A stretch of 44,387 nt of DNA from an uncultured Lachnospiraceae bacterium (GTDB lineage: Bacteria > Bacillota > Clostridia > Lachnospirales > Lachnospiraceae), in contig CAMQOJ010000001.1 in NCBI GenBank assembly GCA_947003375.1, positions 1 through 44,387 of the forward strand, read 5' to 3'. Both the position numbers and the translations under genes were made by a program. Below, in pieces: positions 38,198 through 44,387 of this stretch. The notes below the pieces were generated by a model. The model was given only the letters and a program-made list of their open reading frames with translations. It was not told the DNA's origin and did not search any database. Each line of letters opens with the position of its first letter. Position 1 is the stretch's first letter.

Positions 38198-39127
38198 TTA
38201 AAACAGACCTGTCTTCGCGACTTTTTTCGACAATTGGTTGGCGGATATCAGGATGATGCAGTTGACCACCGTATTGAACAGCCCCGCCGCGGTGGAAAAG
38301 GAGAAATCCGACTGCACCAGCCCCACCTTGTACACATAGGTGGAGATGATCTCCGAACCGGTGAGGTTGCTGCTGGTCTGGAGCAGATACGCCTTCTCAT
38401 ACCCCACGCTCAGCAGGGAGCCGCACTGCAGGATGAGCATCACCAGGATCGTGGGCAGGATCACCGGCAGGTTCACATGCCATATCTTCTGGAGCCTGGT
38501 GGCCCCGTCCATGTCCGCCGCCTCCAGGAGGGACTTGTCCACGCCGGACAGCGCCGCAAAGTAGATGACGGAACTCCAGCCCGTGCCCTGCCAGACCCCG
38601 CTAAGCACGTACACCCATTTGAACAGCCCCGCCTCCTGCATGAAGAACACGGACTCCATCCCCAGGGCGTTCAGCAGCTTGTTGACGATGCCGGTGGTGG
38701 GGCTTAAGAACATGGCCACCATGCCGCACATGACCACCATGGAGATGAAATGGGGCGCATAGGAGAATGTCTGCACCATGCTCCTGAATTTATTGCTCCT
38801 GACTTCATTCAGGAGCAGGGCCAGTATAATCGGAATGGGGAATCCTATCACCAGGCTTAGCAGGCTGATCGTCAGCGTGTTCTTTAAGATGATAGGAAAC
38901 CAATAGGAGCTGAACAGCCTCTCGAAATTCTTGAAGCCCACCCAGGGGCTGGCCAGTATCCCCTTTTTCATGCTGAAGTCCTTGAATGCGATCAGGATGC
39001 CGTACATAGGCTTGTACGCGAACAGCACTATGTACACCAGCGCCGGCAGCATGAGCACATAGAGCTGCCAGCATCTGCCGATCCGCCTGAGGGCACCCGC
39101 CTTTCCCTTTCTCTTCCCTTGCACCAT
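38198..39127 (-). CDS. Carbohydrate ABC permease (LplB-like)
   Basis: YKPMYGILIAFKDF, SPWVGFKNF, PHFIS, LLEAADMDGA. ATG follows GGAGGAGG. Confidence 0.93.
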   Translation of the reverse strand: MVQGKRKGKAGALRRIGRCWQLYVLMLPALVYIVLFAYKPMYGILIAFKDFSMKKGILASPWVGFKNFERLFSSYWFPIILKNTLTISLLSLVIGFPIPIILALLLNEVRSNKFRSMVQTFSYAPHFISMVVMCGMVAMFLSPTTGIVNKLLNALGMESVFFMQEAGLFKWVYVLSGVWQGTGWSSVIYFAALSGVDKSLLEAADMDGATRLQKIWHVNLPVILPTILVMLILQCGSLLSVGYEKAYLLQTSSNLTGSEIISTYVYKVGLVQSDFSFSTAAGLFNTVVNCIILISANQLSKKVAKTGLF

Positions 39128-39349
39128 CCATACCTCCTCCAATCGCTGTTTTTTGATGAATTCATATTAGCAAACAAAATTGACTATCTCAAGGCCTAAT
39201 ATTTGGCCGCGATACGACATCCTGTACAAAAAATCGACCCATTCCGCGCTTTTTCCGCCATTTTCCCCGGGCGCACTACAACTTCTGCACCCCCGGCAGC
39301 GGGTGGAGGGCCAAAATTGCATCGCGGCATACCAGGATATGGTAAGCAC

Positions 39350-39389
39350 AAAAAAGGAAACAGGCTGTACATCTGTAAACCTGTTCCCC
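39350..39389 (-). terminator. Intrinsic terminator after the GH39-like gene
   Basis: Minus strand GGGGAACAGG-TTTACAGATGTACAG-CCTGTTTCC followed by TTTTTT. Confidence 0.65.
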
Positions 39390-39453
39390 TATATCTTTCT
39401 TATGATTCCAAATCCGAAACAGAGCCTGCCCCTGCCGGAGCCGGCAGGCCGCA

Positions 39454-40812
39454 TTATATACCGCTACATTCCACTTCGACGCACAGCACCATGTCCTTTG
39501 CCAGCACATCAGGCAGGGCGCATATCTCCCAGGTCCGTGTCTGGTCTATGACCCTGCATTCCCTGATTCCACAGATTTCATATCCCGCTTTCTTCCCATC
39601 CTCCAGAACAGCCCTCAGACGGATATCCTCCCCCGAAAGGTTCGCAATCATCACATACCCTTCCCCCTTCCCCCTGGCTGCTACTATATACACGTCTTCT
39701 CTGTCGCTGACGGCGGCAACCTGCTGCCCAAGCCGGTAGAGCCGTCCAAAGCCCAGGAAGGAATAGTATGCCGGGAAAGGCTCTGCTGTCAGGGGATGGA
39801 ACAGGCCGCCATAGGCAGAGACCCCGTACCTGGCATCATAGAACATAGCGCTGTCCAGAGAGGAATCCTGCAGTCCCAGCAGCATGGCGGCAGTTACAGC
39901 CGCATGCCGGGGCGTCCCCCGCATCCCCACCTCACAGTTCCACTCATTTAAGGTGTGTTCCGTATGTACAAATCCCTCCTCGTCCAGTCTCCTCCTTGCA
40001 TATTCCGCATAGAACAGGTTGGCCTGTACACCGTCATAGCTATGCCAGGAAAAAAAGTCCAGAGGGCAGTCATTCTCCTTCACATAGGCCAGAAATCCCT
40101 CAAAGAAAGTGAGGAAATACTCCATCCTGGGGGACGACGCAGCCTCTGTCACCGCTTCCTTCCTCCCCCAGGCCGCATAGAATCCACAGCTCCCATACCC
40201 GCCGATTTTCAGATGGGGGAACCGCTCCTTGAGGTACCTGGAGGCGACCCCGTACAGCATGTAGAACTGTTCTTTGGTTCCCCTCCACATCTGGTTCTCC
40301 AGCACCTCCTCATAATTATCCGGTTCATTCCAGATCTCCCAGTACCGGATGTCGTAAGTAAAGCCGTCAGCCCAGCCCTGGGTATAATGGCGGATGATTC
40401 CCTCGCAAATCTGCGCCCATTTCAGGTTATCCTTCGGAGGATCCAGGCGATAGGCCTTCTTCATGCATTCATTTTCAATGGAGACCCCCAGCCGGAAGAA
40501 GGGTTCCACCCCGCTCTCCACCAGAGCCGTGATCAGCAAATCCGTGAACACAAAATCATAGGATGCCGGGTCAAAGGGATCCGCGTCAAAGTCCCGGAAC
40601 AGATTGGGCACATCCACGAAGCGCCCGCCTCCCAGGAATCCCCCCACATCATGGAGCCTGGAGAAGGGAATCCCCGCCTCCTCCAGATAATGGAACATAT
40701 CAAAATCCGTCCCATAAAAGGGCGGCTGTCCCACCCCGTGTACCGGCTTTATCTTCCCTTCTTTCCGGGAAAAGTCCACTGTTATCTTCACTGCGTCTGT
40801 CGATAGATTCAT
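39454..40812 (-). CDS. GH39-like (clan GH-A) glycoside hydrolase
   Basis: KPVHGV, SRLHD, FFRLG, YWEIWNEPD (acid/base), DFFSWHSY, LNEWN (nucleophile). True start MNLSTDAV follows GAAGGGGG. Confidence 0.82.
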   Translation of the reverse strand: MNLSTDAVKITVDFSRKEGKIKPVHGVGQPPFYGTDFDMFHYLEEAGIPFSRLHDVGGFLGGGRFVDVPNLFRDFDADPFDPASYDFVFTDLLITALVESGVEPFFRLGVSIENECMKKAYRLDPPKDNLKWAQICEGIIRHYTQGWADGFTYDIRYWEIWNEPDNYEEVLENQMWRGTKEQFYMLYGVASRYLKERFPHLKIGGYGSCGFYAAWGRKEAVTEAASSPRMEYFLTFFEGFLAYVKENDCPLDFFSWHSYDGVQANLFYAEYARRRLDEEGFVHTEHTLNEWNCEVGMRGTPRHAAVTAAMLLGLQDSSLDSAMFYDARYGVSAYGGLFHPLTAEPFPAYYSFLGFGRLYRLGQQVAAVSDREDVYIVAARGKGEGYVMIANLSGEDIRLRAVLEDGKKAGYEICGIRECRVIDQTRTWEICALPDVLAKDMVLCVEVECSGI

Positions 40813-40826
40813 GCTTCCCCCTTCTG

Positions 40827-41750
40827 TCATCCTTTTATGGATCCCACCATGACCCCTTTCACGAAATATTTCTGTACAAAGGGATACACAACCAGCATAG
40901 GCACCGTAGCCACGATGATGGAACTGTATTTCAGCGTCTGTGCCAGATAGAGCTTGGCCTGCATCTCCTCCGGGCTCAGGCTGCCTCCCGTGACCCTGGT
41001 GACGGAATTGTTCACCAGAAGGTCGCGCATAAAGGACTGCAGAGGACGCAGCCCCTGGTCGTTGATGTATATCAGGGCACTGTAGTAATCGTTCCAGTGC
41101 CCCACCATATAATACAGCGCGATTACGGCGAGCACGGGCTTTGACAGGGGCAGCACCACCCGCACCAGATACTGCATGGGCCCGGCCCCGTCCAGGGTGG
41201 ACGCCTCCTCCAGGCTCACCGGGATGCTGTTGCAGAAATAGGCCCGCACGATCAGCATATTGTATACTGACAGCGCATTGGGAATCATCATAGCCCAGAT
41301 AGTATTGGTCATATGCAGTCCACGCACCACCAGGTAACTGGGAATCAGCCCGCCCCCGAAATACATGGTAACCAGGGCAATCGCCATGATGATTTTCTTG
41401 GGCATGAATTTCCTGCGGGACAGAGGATACGCCAGGCAGATGGTGATAAAGAGGTTGATTAGGGTTCCCGCCACCGTATAGAATATAGTATTGCGGTATC
41501 CGATCCATATCTGCTTATATTTCACGATTGCCCTATAGGATTCCAGGGTGATTCCTTTGGGGAACAGAATCACTTCTCCCCGGTACACTGCCCCCGGATC
41601 GCTGAAGGACGCAATCACCACGAACCACAGAGGCCAGGCGAACACCAGCAGCATCACAATCATGAGAACCAGGTTCACCACATCGAAGGTTTTGTCCACG
41701 CTGAGCCGCATTTTGAAGACGTTTTGGTCTTTTGTAATTTTTCCGCTCAT
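40827..41750 (-). CDS. Carbohydrate ABC permease (LplC-like)
   Basis: ASFSDP, GGGLIPSYL, LEEASTLDGA, HWNDY, FVKGVMVGSIKG. Confidence 0.93.
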   Translation of the reverse strand: MSGKITKDQNVFKMRLSVDKTFDVVNLVLMIVMLLVFAWPLWFVVIASFSDPGAVYRGEVILFPKGITLESYRAIVKYKQIWIGYRNTIFYTVAGTLINLFITICLAYPLSRRKFMPKKIIMAIALVTMYFGGGLIPSYLVVRGLHMTNTIWAMMIPNALSVYNMLIVRAYFCNSIPVSLEEASTLDGAGPMQYLVRVVLPLSKPVLAVIALYYMVGHWNDYYSALIYINDQGLRPLQSFMRDLLVNNSVTRVTGGSLSPEEMQAKLYLAQTLKYSSIIVATVPMLVVYPFVQKYFVKGVMVGSIKG

Positions 41751-41763
41751 CCTTACCCACCTC

Positions 41764-42717
41764 CTAAAACAGGCTCTCTTTGGTCAGGCGCTTGCACAGC
41801 TGGTTCGCCGCGACCAGCAGAAGCAGATTGATGACAGAGTTGAACAGCCCCACTGCCGTAGAATATCCATAGTCGGTGTTGATCAGTCCCACTCTGTATA
41901 CATAGGTGGAGATTACCTCCGACTCGCTCATGTTCAGGTCATTCTGCAGCAGAAATACCTTCTCGAATCCCACCCCCATCAGGGATCCGATCTGCAGAAT
42001 CAGCAGCATGATAATGGTAGGCTTGATGGAGGGCAAATCCACGTACCAGATTCGCTGGAGCTTATTGGCCCCGTCCACAATGGCCGCCTCATGAAGCTGA
42101 TAGTCCACACCGGCCAGGGCAGAGATATAAATGATGGAGGACCATCCCATGCCCTGCCATACACTGGTCCACACATAGATATCCTTGAAATAGGCCGGCG
42201 TCCCCATGAAATTCACCCCATCCATCCCCAAAAGCCGCAGCAGCTGGTTCACCGCCCCGGTATCTTTGTCCAGGAATATGATAATCATGCCACACATGAC
42301 CACTGTGGATATGAAATAAGGGGCATAGGACACCATCTGTACAGTCTTCTTCAGCTTCCTGTGCCTGAGATAATTCAGGAACAGCGCAAACACAATGGGA
42401 ATAGGGAACCCGACCACCAGGCTGTATACATTGATGGAGACGGTATTCCATAGAATCGTCCCAAAAGAATAACTCTTGAAAAACCGTTCAAAATTCTTGA
42501 AGCCAATCCAGGGGCTGCCCCATATTCCCAGTTTTGCCTTGAATGTCTTAAAGGCAAGCTGTATGCCGCTCATGGGCACATAGCAGAACACAATCAGCCA
42601 TACCAGGGGAATCAGCACCATCAGATAGATAGTCCAGTTGTCCCTAAGGTCAATGCGCAGCCTCTTAAAAAAGAGGCTACGCTGTATTGTCATATTTTTC
42701 TTTTTCGCTTTTTCCAT
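41764..42717 (-). CDS. Carbohydrate ABC permease (LplB-like)
   Basis: YVPMSGIQLAFK, SPWIGFKNF, PYFIS, LHEAAIVDGA. Confidence 0.93.
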   Translation of the reverse strand: MEKAKKKNMTIQRSLFFKRLRIDLRDNWTIYLMVLIPLVWLIVFCYVPMSGIQLAFKTFKAKLGIWGSPWIGFKNFERFFKSYSFGTILWNTVSINVYSLVVGFPIPIVFALFLNYLRHRKLKKTVQMVSYAPYFISTVVMCGMIIIFLDKDTGAVNQLLRLLGMDGVNFMGTPAYFKDIYVWTSVWQGMGWSSIIYISALAGVDYQLHEAAIVDGANKLQRIWYVDLPSIKPTIIMLLILQIGSLMGVGFEKVFLLQNDLNMSESEVISTYVYRVGLINTDYGYSTAVGLFNSVINLLLLVAANQLCKRLTKESLF

Positions 42718-42731
42718 ATCCTACTATATCC

Positions 42732-44303
42732 CTATTTCTTCATCTCCTGGTACTTGGAATTGTACATTTCCGCATATTTGCCAGCGCCCATTTCTTCCAT
42801 CTTAGCCAGGTATCCCTCCCAAGTGCTGTCCAAGTCCTTGAGCCCGGTAATCACCTCTGCCTGGTACTGCCATGCATAGTTGAACAGGTCTGCCGTGATG
42901 GTTCCCGCCTCAGCCTGCTCCTCCTCGGTGAGCTGAATCCTGGGGAAAGGCTTCGCGGCCAGCTGCGCTACCCTGGTACCTTCCAGTCCGCCGGATACGC
43001 TGTTGCCCTCGCGGAACTTCTTCTCTGCGTAGAAGTCTGGTACCAGCCCCGGGCAATGGGCATATCCCTGCAGGATATAGGCGTCCCGCACCTCCATCTC
43101 CTCGCTGCCCGCGTCTCCGTCCAGAATCCACTCCCAGAGCCCGTCATCTCTCCACCGGAAGCTCTCACCTTCGATTCCAAGCTGCATCAGGATACCGCCC
43201 TCTTCGGAGTAGAAGTAGTCCGCCCACGCACAGACAAGAGCCGGATCCTCGCATGCATCCGTGATGCACAGACCCCCTTCGGTGATGCCGGAGGTGGTGC
43301 TCAGGCTGTTGTCCCCCCAGGGATCCATGACCTTGTAGTCATATCCTTCCGCCAAATCCGCACCCACTGTCTCAGAGGGGGACCATCCCAGGAACAGGCC
43401 GTAGACATCATCAGGGCCGGTGGCATACTGTTTGTCCGGCGTGGCCTGGAAAGCATCGTCGTTCATCAGGCCTTCCTCGTAGAACTTATGCATCCAGTAC
43501 AGATAGTCGTACCAGTCGTCATTTGCCATGGAATACACAATCTCATCTTCGTCATTCACCGCACAGAAGGAATTCATGTCCACTGGCAGGTCGTATCCAA
43601 ACAGATAAAAAGGAAGCAGTGCCGTGTTGGCCACATAGGGAATCTCATCGGCCTCTCCGTTGCCATTAGGATCCTTCTCCTTGAAAGCTTTCAGGACCTC
43701 ATACAGGGTTTCCCAGCTGTTCGGCTCTTCCATCCCCACTTTATCCAGCCACCGCACATTGATCCACATAAGGATATTCTGTAGCCCCGGCTGGTCAATG
43801 AAGGGGAGGCTGTAAATATGTCCGTCAGCGGAAGTAATCTCATTCCACGCATCCCTCTCATCCAGCACGGCCTTCAGGTTAGGCATGTTCTCCTGAATCA
43901 AATCCTCCAGTGGAAGCAAGATACCTTCCATCCCATATTTTGCAATGTCGTCACTCCCAATGCCGGATTTGTACAGTACATCCTGATAGTCCCCCGTATT
44001 GAGGACTACCCCCCGTTGCTCCTGAAGATCCGTAGCGCTGCAGGACGTCACCTCCCAGCTCACGTTGGTAAGCTCCGCCATCTTCCGGAACGCCGCATTG
44101 TCAGGGAGTTCCGTTCCGGTAGTGGTGGCAGACACAGCGAACATGCTCATTGTCACGGGCTCCTTCAGGGGAAAGGCAATCTCTGCGTCTGTCTGAGCCG
44201 CGCCGCTGTCATCGGCCTTTTCGTCTCCATTGCCGCATCCCGCAAATACTGCTGCCGTCAATGCGAATGCCATTAGAAGCGCCATCGTTCTTTTTCTCTT
44301 CAT
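42732..44303 (-). CDS. ABC transporter substrate-binding lipoprotein (LplA-like)
   Basis: Lipobox FAGC, MPNL, LYEVLKAFKEKDPNGNGEADEIP. RBS GGAGGT. Confidence 0.92.
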   Translation of the reverse strand: MKRKRTMALLMAFALTAAVFAGCGNGDEKADDSGAAQTDAEIAFPLKEPVTMSMFAVSATTTGTELPDNAAFRKMAELTNVSWEVTSCSATDLQEQRGVVLNTGDYQDVLYKSGIGSDDIAKYGMEGILLPLEDLIQENMPNLKAVLDERDAWNEITSADGHIYSLPFIDQPGLQNILMWINVRWLDKVGMEEPNSWETLYEVLKAFKEKDPNGNGEADEIPYVANTALLPFYLFGYDLPVDMNSFCAVNDEDEIVYSMANDDWYDYLYWMHKFYEEGLMNDDAFQATPDKQYATGPDDVYGLFLGWSPSETVGADLAEGYDYKVMDPWGDNSLSTTSGITEGGLCITDACEDPALVCAWADYFYSEEGGILMQLGIEGESFRWRDDGLWEWILDGDAGSEEMEVRDAYILQGYAHCPGLVPDFYAEKKFREGNSVSGGLEGTRVAQLAAKPFPRIQLTEEEQAEAGTITADLFNYAWQYQAEVITGLKDLDSTWEGYLAKMEEMGAGKYAEMYNSKYQEMKK

Positions 44304-44387
44304 AATTTACCTCCAATCCCGCTTCAGGAAGGTGTCTGCCACCCGCCCCAACTTTTACCTTTTTGCCAGTTTTTCTTGCTTTTTATC

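Noticed and set aside
40813-41508. N-terminal extension making the GH39-like ORF 684 aa
   Set aside because: It overlaps the permease gene in another frame. An RBS and ATG at 40812 give a normal-sized enzyme.

Overview
This 44.4-kb window looks like the start of a contig from a gut Clostridia/Lachnospiraceae-like bacterium (inferred from gene content, GGAGG ribosome-binding sites and sigma-A promoters). Bases 1-45 are an untrimmed Illumina Nextera adapter. In order, the window holds: (1) an AraC-linked catabolic cluster at 46-11079 (NagA-like deacetylase, TIM-barrel epimerase, sugar ABC transporter, a CE7 acetyl esterase broken by one in-frame TAA, 2-hydroxyacid dehydrogenase, two Gfo/Idh/MocA oxidoreductases, enolase-superfamily enzyme); (2) a metal permease plus Fur-family regulator behind a perfect 17-bp palindrome; (3) an orphan large lipoprotein with an 11-bp-phased TTAAG array upstream; (4) a lower-GC two-gene module of a HipA-like kinase followed by a small HipS/HipA-N-like protein, a candidate toxin-antitoxin or defence system; (5) a GH13 enzyme; (6) an operon of response regulator, histidine kinase, VTC polyphosphate-polymerase domain, DUF4956 membrane protein and a CotH kinase carrying a 9x36-bp internal repeat; (7) a hybrid kinase and a MATE pump; (8) a long structured leader preceding a broken surface-protein gene; (9) a double ABC-transporter carbohydrate locus with a GH39-like enzyme, an unassigned hydrolase-like protein, a membrane-anchored AraC regulator and an MFS transporter. 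The best candidates for undescribed systems are the VTC-DUF4956-CotH operon and the kinase/HipS-like pair. All family calls are from motif recognition by eye; no searches were run.
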